Origin: Chrysomallon squamiferum
Taxonomy: Eukaryota; Animalia; Mollusca
Length of the DNA stretch: 64,000 bases
NCBI GenBank assembly: GCA_012295275.1
Contig: CM022669.1
Span: 19,515,038-19,579,037 of the forward strand
Reading direction: 5' to 3'
How positions within the stretch are numbered: position 1 is the first letter of the stretch; the number at the start of each line of letters is the position of its first letter. The notes beneath the pieces were generated by a model that did not search any database, was not told where the DNA came from, and saw only the letters and a program-made list of their open reading frames with translations. Shown in pieces: positions 28,270 to 42,809 of this stretch. The position numbers and the translations under genes are program-made.

Positions 28270-28740
28270 TTCTTCAAATCTTTGTGTTAACTATGTCATA
28301 AATGCATTAAAATTTTATGTAAAATGTCATTGAAGCCTTTCTCTGTTTATTTTGGTAATTTACTATCATGGTAGAAATACTGATTTTTACAAATTAGCTG
28401 TTGTCTAAATTATTTTAAACTGTGTAAAATGTCATGTATTCCTTAAAATGTGCAAAATGTCATATATTCGTTAAAAAGTATAAAATGTCATCTAGTCCTT
28501 GAACTGTGAATTCCTTAAATCTTGTGTAAAATATGTATTCCTTAAAAATGTGTAAAATATCATAATCCTTAAAATGGTTTGTAGTAATGTTATATTCCTT
28601 AAAATATTTTGTAAAATATCACATATTCCTTAAAATGCTCATAGTGCTCAAACTGTATTTTCCTAAAAAAATGGGTAAAATGTTAACTCCTTAAAGTCTC
28701 GTGTAAAGTGTCTATTCCTTAAAATCTTGTGTAAACATTT
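28270..28740. repeat. Degenerate ~30-bp minisatellite
   Basis: Recurrent TATTCCTTAAAA...TGTGTAAAATGTCA units. Confidence 0.75.
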
Positions 28741-30493
28741 TCTAAAAAACCATCATCATGTCCTTTGAAATTTTAAAATTAAAATGTTTTTTCTTTTTTC
28801 TTATTTTATTTACATTTAAAAAGAAAGAAGATAATAATTAGATGAAAAAAAAAAGAAGAATAAAAATAACAATAACAACTGTAATAAAATAATTAACATC
28901 AATTATTAATAATAAGGAAAATTATGGTTAAAATCAAATGCAGTACAGAGAAGTAAATTTTTTATTTCTCTTTATTTTAATCTTATATATATTCAGTGGT
29001 GAAACAGCATTTTAATTACATTTATGTGACTGAACTCATTCGTGATGTATTTTTCATTGGATTTATTTCAGGATTTCCATTACTTATTTATTTATGCTGG
29101 GTAGATAGCAATATGTATGTAATAAGGTTCTATACGCACATTAATTGTTATTTTATTCAAGTATTTTTAAAGTGTATTTATATTCAAATCATATACAATT
29201 ACAATTACGTGTAAACTTTTAATGCTATTACTTAAATTTTACTTTAAGAAAATAAACTGTGGTTGAGACAAGCTGTTTGTTATTATTTTGTTACAAATAA
29301 TCTTGGAAGTAGGATGTAAGAAATAAGAATGCAAGTATCACAGAAAACAGATGACATGGTAAATATAAAAAAAATGTGATATTTACCATGAATGTCTGTA
29401 TGTGTATGTATATAGATGTCAGAACTGATTAAATTACTGTTCTATATAGACATAGCGATGTGTATTTTATAATATTCACATTACCTTTAATGTCCCAGTT
29501 TTTTTTGATGTTAAAAAAAAACGGGCACTAAAAAAGTTGACAATAGCTAGACTTTAAATTTGTATTAAATAAAAATTTATATTTTTATATATATGTACAA
29601 TAAAATATATGAAATTTGTATATATATTTTTTTTAAACTTGAGCATCAAAAAAGTCAACAACAATTGCTAGACTTTAAATTTTTATTAAACTTAAATATA
29701 AATAGATTTTTTGTATACAGGTAGGGTAAAATATATGAAATATCTTACACCAGTGAACGTAGTTAACTCAGCTAGTGAAACAGAAAAGTTCAGATGTTTT
29801 ATAATATAATTTTAACAAAATATTAACTATAATATTGGTAGAGAAACAACAGAACACTCAGTAACAGACCACTTTTGCTGGTACAAAATCTTCTGAAATT
29901 ACAAGTTATTTTCTGATCCTTATTATCTCAGAGCAAAAACTAATGCTAATTTGGAATAATAACAACTACTTGTCTTCAAAAGACCAATCTTTTTTTAAAA
30001 ACAAAATAACAAAATGCCCAACAATCACCAAATTGTTCAGAATTAATTACAATTTTAGATACATTTATTGTTATAAATAATTCATTTCTACCACATTTTC
30101 CCTATTTTACATCTATGAATGTTTAACAACACCCGAGCAAACTGTCTGTTATAAAATTCCAGATTTTCTTCCAATTTCTTTCCAAAATTTGTTCTCTGGA
30201 TTTTATTCATATCCTTTGAAGTACCACACCTACTCAGTTTTCAGTTAGAAGTATTTTGAACAAGTTCACTGATTTTATTTAATAAGTAGGGTTTTTTTAA
30301 AAACTATTGTACAACTTTTATAAATTTTGTTTTACAGAACATAATTCTGCTTCAATTTTAATGTTTACACAGATTTTCTAAGTAGTTTTCTCAATTGTAC
30401 TTGTACTGTATACACATACAAAATTAAATATTGCATTTTTTAAAACATGGTTTCAGTTGACTGAGTCTTTTATTCCTCAAAATGGTTTGTTGA

Positions 30494-33400
30494 TCAGAAA
30501 CCATATTTAGCCTGAGTTTGTTTTTTAGTCAATCTGTTTTCTGCCCAGGTATTCTTCAGTTCTAATTCCCTTTCTTTAGCCTGAGAAGAAGAAAAAAAGA
30601 GAAATAAAAAACACTTAAGTATTTTTAAAAACATGTCCACTAAAGTCCCTTCAGTGAAACCATAACAATGTTAACCATATTTGCTAAAAACATCTAACAT
30701 AAATTCTTATTGTTTCCTTTGCTAATAGTAAAGTGAAAATACGTTTTTTAGCAAGGGCAAAAAAAGATTTTTGTAGTATTACTTATTTTTTCTTCTTGTA
30801 ATGTTTTTATATACAGAAAACAAACAAACAAGAACAACAAATAGAGAATATCAGTTAATTATTGCAAAGCTATTGATCTGTAGTTTGTTATTTTATATAT
30901 ATTATTAAAAAAATTAAAATACCAGCTTCCATTTATCCACATAGACTTTTTATTTTATTATCCTACTTCATTATTAGCAAAGGTTTGTCTTAAGTAACAA
31001 ACAAACAAACCAGCCTGTAGCATACCAATGAAGGTTACTTATTTGTACATTCTCCTTTCTTTCTGTATCCCACAAGAGGAACACATGCAAACACTTTATT
31101 TTACACAGCTATATAAATATAATGTCTGTATGCAAATAAAGCAAAGTATACATTCCATAAATCTTAATATCACTAATATTTCTTTAGCTTCTCTAATTGA
31201 TTCGTTGTTTTCTTTATGGTGTATTTTACATTAAAACATGAAATTCAAAATGTCCAAATTTATATTTTCTCTTACTAACCTGAAATGCAAGATATGTAAT
31301 CTGGTGTTTTCTCTTCTGGGTGTGCGTTGGAGCGTTGTCTTTATTACGACGATGTGACATTTGTTTTGACTCTTCACTGATACCTTTAGTCAGTTCAATG
31401 TTGCTGCTGCTCACGAAGTCATCCATGTTGGCATCAACAATGTTGATCTCCTCCTTCCCTCGCTGTTTTTTCCCTTGCAGTCGCAGAAACTAAACAAAAA
31501 ATTATTTTATTAATTAGCTTAATAATTATATTTCTTTTAATAACTTGGTTGTGTGCACATTTGGGAGAACCGATGTTTGCATGTTTCACAGTTTTATAAT
31601 ATGTATAAATGAATGGTTACTTAATTCTAAAATATTTGATAAAGTGTAATATTTGTTTCTCCTGGAGATTAGAATACAACTTTTTTAAAGTTAATATTTT
31701 AGATTTTTAAGGTAAAAAAATGAACTGAGATATGAAGAGATAAGCATTTCATTATCACTATTAAAATCTTGAATTTTTCTAAAGGTCTGAAAGTTTTGTT
31801 AGTATGTTATGAGAACAGTCACAAAAGATGCAGGCAAGTCAAAAATAAATTCACATGGACAAGAGACATAGTATCCACAATGCATCTTAGTATTTAGACA
31901 TTATTAAAGTTCTATGGGTCAAATCATGATTCGGACAGCCTTAATCTAAAGTATTTTTATTTTATTTTTATTTTTTTGTATCAAGTCATAACATTTTTTT
32001 AAATGAAAATTTGTTTACATAATATTTTAGTTACAAATATTTTGCATTAAGCAGAATAAAATGATACTATATAATTTGTCAGCATATTTTAAAATGTTTT
32101 TTATTAATTTTACCTGCTCATCTTCCATAAAGCTAGCTACATCATTTTGATTTGACTCAGGATGTACTGCAGCCTGAAAAAACAGTTGGAATGGTTTCTT
32201 ATCACTTAACAGTTAACAAAATATAGAGAGAAGCTATTGTATGATTTTATACTTAGAAAACACCTTTAGAACAATTTCTTCTTTGCTTAGATCAAAAATC
32301 ATAAATGCAGAAAAATAATCCTGATAACTTCAACATTTTTAAAATATAAAAAAACCAAAGATTTTTTTAACCTTATACAAGAGTGCTATTACAAAGTGGC
32401 AGAAAATAATTCTGACCTCATGGTCATCTTATTCGGTATGCTGAAACAACAGCAACAGGTACAACTAAACTTCCAAAAAATTATCAAACATGAACATTTA
32501 CAAAGCATTTAAAACTATTTTGTTTTGTAGATACAGAAAAGAAGAGAATCTATTGTACATTTTTAAAATGTACCTACCTGTTCATATGATTCGACTGACA
32601 GAGTTGTTTCATGTTGGCTGATGTAAGCAGGTCCTGGCTTGGCTCGGAAAGGTCCAGCTAAGCCATAAACTGCAGCAGTGTTTTCAGTTGACTTAAAACT
32701 AAGTGGTGCATTCTGGTTTATGCATGGCTTGAATTCTAATGGTGCCTCAGCATGTGCTATAGTCTCAGTCATAGGCATACTAGCTGTTTCACCAAGTTCA
32801 CTGTTTGTTTTTCTTTCATCTACACTGGCTTCTGCATCCTTCAAATCTGCATTTGTCTCCATAGTCTGTTCAGTACACAGTGAAACTTCTGTGCTGTTGG
32901 AAGAGGCACTGCTAGATGCTGCTGCTGCTGATGATGAAGATGTTGTTGTTGTTGATGATGATGTGAGAGAAAAGAAGTTGCCAGTTGGTTCCTCGTCATC
33001 ATCACTATCAGAGTAGTAACCTGTTAGTGCTTGAAATGGTGTCTTGTGTTTCTGTGATAAAGTTTTGTCACTGATTATGTCATTCTCTGAAGGTTTACTC
33101 TTCTGAGGTTGAGAAACAAGAGATTTAGTGACTGGGCTTTGAGAAACAAGAGGTTTAGCAACTGCAGTTTCTGTCATTGCATTTGGTTTGGGCTGAGTTT
33201 TTCTTGAAAGTGTATAAGGTAACAACAGACGATTTGCTTCCTTCTTAGCTGCATGAACAGGCTCAGGAAGAAGTGAAAATAAACCACTTTTACCCTGAAA
33301 AAAATACCCATAACATTTTATCTTATGAAAATTAAGTAGAGATTTCAAATTTCACCCAGTTAAAAATTCAGTTAATTGTAAATACTATTATAAACAGTGT

Positions 33401-35412
33401 TACAAACACATTTTTCCTATTAAAAATTCAACTCTGCAACACTAAAATCCAGTAAACAAATTACTATAAATTTATCCTTTTTAAAATAATAAATTAAATA
33501 TGTTGATTTACTTACTGCACAAGATTTCTTTTTCTTAGTTGCTGGTTCACTTTCTTCTTCATCTGAACTCTGAACAAAATGAAACAAGTTGAAAAGGCTA
33601 CATTAGATTACAACATTTGAACAGAATACACTGCAGTTACAAAAACAAAAACCCCCTGAAAGAACCTAGAAAAATACAGAAATAAATTTAAATTATTATT
33701 ATTCATATGTTGAAATAAAATAAAGCATCACAACATATTTAGATATTATTCTTCATTAATATATATGCTTTTTAATTTATGTGCTAAACTTATTTAAGAA
33801 CATTAGGTTATTGGAATATTTTTTTTTCTACAGCTTGTTTTCACAGCAAACAACCTTTTGTGTGAAATATTCAATTTGCAACCTGACACAGCCACTTCAC
33901 CTCAGTAGACTACAACAGTTAACATGGTAAATTTCACCAATATACATGCTCCTAATTGTAAATTCATTCTGTGGTAGATATACAGTACAAACCTCAATCT
34001 CTCAAAATAAAAGTCTAGGCAAGTTCCTAAATAAGCTGTTAATAATGTCTATTGAAAATTCAAACTTTGATAAGATAAAAATGTCTAATTTTCAAGGATG
34101 TTTGTTATAAGAGCTTTTTTTTCAACATAATGTTTGTGATTTAAAACAGTTTTGTTGTGCATATGATTTTTAATATTAATACATCTAGTATTATTAACAT
34201 TCAGTACATAATTGTGTTAAGTTAATATGGCAAGTGACACAGATATGTGTGTTCCAAGTTGCAAATAATAAAGATCAGTTAATAAATCAGTGTTTTCACT
34301 AAATATTACTATCTGCCATAGAAAAGGAATTTTTGTTTAATTTATTATAGCATGGCTTGTATCACTCTAGGAAAGCATAGGGGTCGATTTATGAATATTA
34401 AGGAAACAATTATTGGTATCATCTCATGTGAAAACAAGCAAGTAGAATGCTGATGTTCTGTAAAATTCTATATTACTGCATTACTTTGAATGTCTATATA
34501 TATAGTATAAAGTGTACATATTGCACTGCAGGGATGGTGATTTTTGCTCGCTGTTTCAAACGTTTCTCAGGTGGCTTCGGTGCATCTGAGATTTGCGATA
34601 TTTTTGGTCGCACAACATCTTCTAGCTCATCTTCTTCAGCTGCCATCTGGGTATGAACAGGAGGAGGCAATCCTGGGGTAAAAATCCAAAATATCTTTAC
34701 TAAACAACATAATGTAACTTACAAAAACAGTTTGTTAACATTAATTAAGTTCACTGTGGTCCAGTCATCCATCAAGACTAAATGTTATTTACAAAAGGCA
34801 ACCACAATAATATCAATAATGGCAAATAAGAATATCATCCTTGAAACGTATCCACACACATACCCATAAAAAGTTTTTAAATGTGAGTATATTTAAAACT
34901 ATTCAGTATTTACATTAGATATGTGACAAAAGTAGTAGATTCAATAAAAGTTCTATGTTTCGTTTATTTTGTATAATTTAGTAATTATATAGCATAATAT
35001 TCCAGTTTTTGATAACATTTTCTTCCTGATATGAAGATATTTCTTCGAAAGGTTGATTAATATTACTGACTGTTCAGTGTTCTACCATTTTAACTTAATA
35101 TTTATGCGCATAAAACGTAATAATAATTAATGGCAACAAAAATAATATGTCTGAGACATGCAAATATATGATATCCTTGGTGAATATACCTCGTAACTGT
35201 GTAACTGTAGACAAACTGCCTTCGCCTGGTTGCATTTCATTTCCATTGACTGGTTTGACTGTATTGATCAAGGATGTCGGAATCGACAGCGTTTCACCTT
35301 CGTCACTGATTCGGTCTGTAGAATCTTCTACATGCACATGAGATGTCTGCATAACCGCATCATCGTCGCTGTCCTGACTTTCGTCACTGGAATTATACGC
35401 TACCAGTGACAT
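30494..35412 (-). CDS. PRCC: Proline-rich mitotic checkpoint control factor (PRCC)
   Basis: Minus-strand exons 35190-35412 (MSLVAYNSSDESQ), 34518-34672, 33516-33569, 32578-33294 (GKSGLFSLLPEP), 32114-32173, 31280-31489 (QKRKHQITYLAFQ), 30494-30580 (AKERELELKNTWAENRLTKKQTQAKYGF*). The N- and C-termini are characteristic of PRCC. Confidence 0.93.
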
Positions 35413-36472
35413 AGTAAATTGTAAAACAAACGATAAATATATCAACAAACTAAAATTATTTGTGTTCACAATATACTGATTATATTTTATTGCAGGGCCA
35501 CGTAAATAGTTTAATATTACTAGTCTATTTTGAATACTGTTGTAAATCCCCTCTTTGAAGCTGGAGCATCATTTTTGTTTCGTATACGTTTTTGTACCAA
35601 TATGCAATATTTCGTGTCACTGTATGCGCGCGAGATGTACAAATGGTAGTGTGTTACTCTGTTTAGCTTTATCTTCTACAGAAATGCAAGTATCGTGAAA
35701 AGTTACGTGCCTGTTGCAGTCCAACGGATGTTACATTCTGTCCGCTGAGATAAAGTGAAATTCTGGTGTTCAGCATCTGGACCACTGCTGTTACGATGAA
35801 AACATTTTAATGCATGATGTGGATTCGATGATTTAATTACAGAATTTCAAAATTATACTGAAGCGTTCACTTTGTAATTCCCACCATGAACCTGTCATAC
35901 ATCATCATAGTGAACAACTACTATTAACTTGAATTGGCTCTTTTTCTATCCTGCCAGTCAGCAGAGGCCGGAGAGTTTAATCCATTTGGACTGAACAGTT
36001 ATTGCAAACGTTTCATTAGACGGCACTGTTAGATTTTCGAAATTTCGAATATAAGTTATTCCATTTAATTTTTTTTATTTTTTTATTTTTTTTTATGGAA
36101 CCTATGTTTTAATGAATATCTTTTCTTTTCTTCTTCTTCTTATATTATTGCTATTGTTATTGTTATTATTATTATTGGTGTAGTATAGTAGTAGCAGTGG
36201 TACATTTTTTATTTTCACGATGTGTATTTAGCCTGTCCGAATTCTTTGCGATCAGACCATTAAACCATTCACTTACTATGTCTTTCTACAAACACACTTT
36301 TTGTTAACATAATTACATTAATTTACACGTTACAAATGAATAATTTATATGTTTCTGTAATTTTCATTCTTATTGTTTTTAAAATAAAAATATTTATCCA
36401 AAGAAAAAACACAAAAACGAACTTACTCGAATGTAAAAAGGCACAACAACAACAACAACGATAATGACGATA

Positions 36473-36504
<32 letters not shown>

Positions 36505-37251
36505 ATAAAACTACAGATTCTACTGGCTTCGAATAATTTTAAAATTCCTTGTAATTTTAATTCACTTCAAAACAGTTTCAGGAAAGAACGAATTCTAAAC
36601 CGAACAAGTACATATATTTCACGACATACAGTATTACTAATTTTATTTTATAAATATACTATTACGACGTTGTTCACGTGTTTTTATCTGTCACGGATTA
36701 AGGTTCCAGTAAAAGTACGTGAACGAGAGACTCTCTGGCTAAATGAATGGTGATTGCTTGATCCTGGATTCATTTATTGTATCCCTATTAAAATATTACC
36801 AAGATGGAGCCCGAATTAATTATTTGAAACCAGAGCGAATTCGTCAGTCTCATTACTTGGTTTTTTCCCGCCGAATTCTTATAATAATAAAAACAACAAC
36901 AAATATTCACATAAGAATTAGTTATTAATCATCTCTCTTTCTTCCCTCCCCCCGCACTAAGGCTCATCACTTACTTAGTTTTGATTTAAAATTTAATATT
37001 TTCTGTTATTATTTATTGCTAAAGCATCGTTGATTTAAGGGCATGTAAACTGTCTGTGACTCGGCAATTAACAAGTCTTAACATGTTAACGGAAATATTT
37101 GCTGGTTTCGGTTTATCAATGGCACACTGTCCTTCATTTTTATGTTTCTGATTATTTTTCTTTATTTAAAAATACCAATACTGCTGAAAAATTTACAATC
37201 ATTTAACAGTAAAAGGATTTCGGTACTGAGTAACAGAGTTCATTTTATCAC

Positions 37252-39117
37252 ATGGCTTCAGGTAAGAAATCCTTTTAAACTGACTAGAAATTTTCCGATG
37301 TTAAAGTGTTTGAAATTTTATTTTATATATCTTATATATTTGTAAATGACAGTTATTGCATTACTCGTATATCCATAAATTCAAACGAATTAATTAATTA
37401 CTCTTAATTTTTTCTCGAATAACTCATTCACCATTTTGTTACAAGTGAAGTTCACACTTTTCTAACAATCCAATATATCAGTATTTTCTAGAGACCTGTT
37501 CTCTTTGGTAAAAATATCAGCCAGCAGGAATATCCACTGCATTCAAGAAACGTTGCAAATAAACAACTGTGAATTTGTTTGAGAAAGTCTTCTTTATTTT
37601 CACCACCCAACATACTCCGGGGAGAGAAGAATAGCATTATTATTTGTATGACACGATATAATACATTTAAAGTACTGTACTGGTAAAAATAACTTTTTGT
37701 TTTCTTTGCCTTTCAATATTAATTTAAAAGAAATATACTGCGGTGGCACCGTATTTAACACTAAGAATGGCACACACTGTCTCCGTGATGAACTGAAATC
37801 AGAATTCGGGTCACACTGGGCATTCAAATGGTCATCAGAACTGATTCACTGTATTATGTGCATTGTGATAAGAATCTCCATTGTCCAATAAATGAGGTAG
37901 TCTCTTCATTCTTGTCCTTTTTGGACCCTCTCATTTTCGCAAAGGAGTCATCACAATTGGCATTAAGTTTGTTGAAGGGGTGCTACTGGGCTCAAACAAC
38001 TGATCTAAAGCATCACACTGTCCGAGTGTAGATACTGGCGTCCGCACTGCGCTGAATCACTTGAAACTTGCAATCTTTTCCCGATATACTTCAGTTTAAA
38101 GGAGCATGCAATGGATAGGGCAACAAAGAGCAACATTTCCTATTTCCAATGCATTGTTTGTTTGTTTTTGTTTTTTTTGTTTTTTCATTAAAATGTGCAA
38201 TATATTGTTATATTGTTTAACATTAGTCCTACTTTATGCACTCGTACACTACATCGTTGTGTGTCTTCCCAGTCGTCTGAAAATATACATGGTTTCTTTT
38301 CTACCCTTCCTTTCAAAACAGTATTTTTCGTTTTTAATTCGAACAAACAATTTTTGGAACTGAAAATTATCTATCTTTTCGCGAAGAAATCGCTGGTCAA
38401 GTATAATTTCTGCAAAAAAAAAGAAAAAAAAAAAAAAGAATTCTGAAGATGTGGCGAAAACGCGACATCGAATTACGCGTTCAAGTGGATGGAAATGAGT
38501 AGTAGAAGAAACTACGAGCGACTGACGCGTACATGGCCGTACTCCACCGAAGCAAATGAGGCAAATGCCTCATACGAAAATTGACGATTTTAATATTTTT
38601 AATATATAAATATATATTTTTTTCTTTTAAATATAAATTGTAAATGTCTTTTCCGATAGACGATATCCATTGAAGAGACATCAGGTTTATCCAACACCTG
38701 ATGATTTAAGGCATACAGCATCCTTTTCACCCGTTTCAATTTCAGCCCGGTTCTTGCCCTGATGAAATGTATTTTGACATTTAGCCCGCTGGCCCCTCGC
38801 CCAATTTTTATTTGCCCCGATCCGCTTGCCTCATTTCAAAAAGTCTAGTTATGGCCATGGTGTATTAAGATACTTATTTGAAAATAATTTAATGAAGCGA
38901 TTTCTATATTTTTACAAGAATAAAACAAGATTTGTTTTTAATTTTTTTTTTTTTTTTTTTTTCTTTTTTTTTAGGTCCTGATGTTAAAAATACTCATATT
39001 GTGATCGCTATGTTGTTGGTTTTAATCAGTTTTAACATTAGTTTGTTTTTGACCTACATTTCAGGTTATTCTGGTGAATGATTGCGTATGTTTTCATAAA
39101 AGTTTTTCTTCAGATTA

Positions 39118-39150
<33 letters not shown>

Positions 39151-39800
39151 CATAATAAAGCTGAAGGAAATGAAAAGAAAAAGCTTTTTAGTGAGGACCT
39201 AATAAACTGGCACGTGCTGAAAGTTATCAGACGTTAATATCGAATGGTTGCATGCGGAAATGGCATTTTACTGAAGAAGTTGAAAAATACAAACTGAAAT
39301 ATACTTAAAATAGGCTGGCTGAGTGAACTATTCCTTGCCCTGCATGTGAACTGAACTCAATCATTTGACTCCACCACCAGACAACCTGCCTAACTCTGTT
39401 TGAGATTTCAAGCAGATCTTGTAACATCTCTTTACACAGGTCTTTTCATTTTGGATAAAAATTGGATTATACTTATGTATCTTATTGTATTGAGAGAAAA
39501 CCGACAAAATGCCGTCCAATTTTGGGGTCCCATTTTGCTGTCCAATTTTGGTGAGCTGCTAGCTCATAACTAAGCAAAGAATGAATCTGGAAAAAGTTAA
39601 ACAGCATCTCTATGTTAAATGCTTGAAATCTGTGCATTTTCATGCTTCTGTTTGTAATTCTTAAAAGATGCAAGTTGCAAAATCTGATTTTTTATCAAAA
39701 TGGTCTTTCTAAGAAAGTGGAAAACATTACCAGCCATATTTTTTGTTGGAACAAATTAAGAAAACAGAATTATTTATTTATTTATTTATTTTTATTATTA

Positions 39801-39842
<42 letters not shown>

Positions 39843-40410
39843 TTGTGGCTTTAAAAAAAAAGAAAAAGAGCTATAATATACATGAAGAAATGTTAATTAT
39901 TGTTCCAGGATTAAGTCTTTGGGTGCCAGAGAGTGTCAACTTTGATCACTGAAACTGATAGAAAGTCAGATATTATTCACTTCCTTTTGCTGGAAGTCAT
40001 AGCTTTGTTTATATTAATAGGAAATGTTCTATCTTTATCTCTAAAAGTTCCTCCTGGAACATTTTATAAGATCCAATATTCGGTCAATGGACAGTTGGTC
40101 TCCAGCACTCTTTTCGACTGCATCCTGAGGTTAATTTTGGTACTTGAAAGCAAAATAAGAAAGCAAATTGTCTGTGTAAATAAGAAGAGCACTTCTTCAG
40201 CATTGTGAAACTGATCAAAAAGTTCTCTTACAGGATCTCTCAAATGTTTGGGAGCTTCTGATGTACTAATGCTGGGCTGAATGAACAAGCTACATTTCTG
40301 TTGAACTGTAATAAATAATTTTAATAATCAAATCAAAATACTGTATTATATATTGTATCACTGTAAAGAACAAAAAACAAAAAATCTAACATTTTGGTAC
40401 TTCAAAAAAT

Positions 40411-40442
<32 letters not shown>

Positions 40443-42737
40443 ATATATATATATTTTTTTTTGTTCCCCCCTCAGACAGGGAATGTAGTTTATGTGGATA
40501 CAAAAATAATTCTGAAAATGCGACAAACTGTTTCCGTTGTGGACGAACTAATTATGCAGTGACAAATGAATCTGACTCTGACATTAATGATTTATCGGCA
40601 ACAGTGGATGGAAGCAAAACTAGACTGATCGATTTAGTGACTAAATTAAAGATACGTCATGGTAAGTTATTCAAGTAGTGTATGATAGTAACTGTAGTTG
40701 TTGCAGACGTAGCAGTGAATGACCAGTATCTTATAAGTAATAGTAGTGGCAGTATTTATAGCAGCAGCAACAGTAGCAATATCTATTGTAATTAGTGATA
40801 ATTATTGTACTAATGGTTCTAGCAATAGTAATAGAAGAAGTTAGAGTAATAATAGTAGTAGCAGTGATGGTAATGGTATTAATAGTAAAAGTAGAAGTAG
40901 AGATAATACAAGAAGCAGCAAAAGTACAACAAAGATATATAGTTTTGATTTTTGTTTTTTGATTAGTTGATAATAACAACAACAATAATAATCAAATTAA
41001 TAATAAGTATGGAAGCTAATATAAAAAAAGTACTAAAAGTATTTGCAACATATTTCTATTAATAAATTACATGATTGTTAATGTTTATTCCAGATGTCAT
41101 GAAAAAGAATGCTTCACCAGAAAAGAAACCCCCAGAACACATTATGATAAGCTATGCATGGACGGATCAAAAGAAAGTCATACCTGTAAAACAATTATAA
41201 TATTTTTAATTGAATATGTGTGTATATGTATGTGTGTGTGTAATTATATATATATATATTTTGAGTACATTTATATTATGCATGTATGAAGAGATTACAT
41301 ACATTTGTGTGAGCACGTGTGTGTGTGTGTGTATTTCTATCTATGTTTATCAACATGAATGCTTGTCTTTGAATACACATACAATTATTTATTGCTTTTA
41401 TTAAATTAATTTGTTTATTTACTTCAATTTACTGAATAAAATGTACCTACAGGCTACACTTTTCAGACTTTTTTTTCCTAAGTAGACTGCTTTATAAAAG
41501 ATATTTAAAAATAGCTAATTTTCTTGTCAGAATAAAATATTTAAATATTATAGTATTTATTTTTTCAGTTATTTATATTGATGGAAACTTGTATAACAGA
41601 AAATGTTAAAATTAATTATTTTATAATCAGAGTTATGTGGTCTTGTTTGCATCTCAGATAAAAGAGGCTCTGAAGAAAGCTAATTATCATGTGTGGATGG
41701 ATGTGGACAACATGAAAGGATCCACTCTACAGGCAATGGCAGAAGCTGTTGAGAAAGCTGCTGTTGTCCTTGTCTGTATGTCAAGTGGTTACAGGAAAAG
41801 TGATAACTGTAAAAAAGGTTAGTTGTAGTGATGACTGTGCTGGCAGTTGTAATAGTAGTAGTAGCAGTAATTGTAGTGGGGTAGTAGTGCTGGCAGTAGT
41901 AGTATTAGTAGTAGTAGTAGTGGTAACAGATGGGATATAACATCAATTCATCTTCGTGTAATTCTTTAAATTAGACTGAACATTTTATCAGATATATATG
42001 TTTGTGAAAATTAAACCATTTTTGTCTCTCTTGTTGTGATATTCTCTAGAACACTGTTTCCAGAATAAATCTGCAAGATACTGATGTTATCTCTATCGTA
42101 TTTTCCATAATTTTGCATTGTTTAAAATAATCCCAGAGGAAACCTTCATGGTCAAGCCATATTAATTACTGTTGAAGTAATCCATATAAAAAACTTCATG
42201 GTGGTATTCACAAGAAGGATTAAAAATCCACTAAATATTCTTTTGCAGGCATCATGAATAGCTAAACATATAAATATATCAACAAAGTGTCTTACTAAAT
42301 TGAATCCCTGTTTTATCATAAAAGGTCCAAAAATAATCTACACCTGTTCTAGTTCATCAGGCATCATTAGGAAGATCTGCTGTTTTCTTTTCTTTTCCTT
42401 TAATTCTATATTTGTGAAATACACATTTGGAAAGTAGCTGCTTGGCTACTGCTACTTAACTTTCTTTATAAAACCTTTATGTACTTTTCCCCATATGACC
42501 CACAATGTTATGACAGTACAAATGATGACACACCAGAAAATTTGTTCACTGACAATTTAAGATTGTCTTAAGCTATTATCAACCAACTAATAATCTTTTT
42601 CAGTGTCATCCATGAAGAAAAGTAATTAACAAACTATCCAGAATTCTGCAAACCTGATAGCTAGTAGTAGTGGTAGTAGTTCTAATAATAGTAGCAATTA
42701 CTAATTTATTGTATGCTTATTTATTTTTTAACAACTA

Positions 42738-42809
<72 letters not shown>

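Noticed and set aside
29525-29745. Short direct duplication (GCTAGACTTTAAATTT) between MFSD12 and PRCC
   Set aside because: A real but small two-copy local duplication with no sign of function.
32678-35341. Plus-strand ORFs 32678-33016, 34447-34656 and 35147-35341
   Set aside because: Antisense shadows of PRCC exons.
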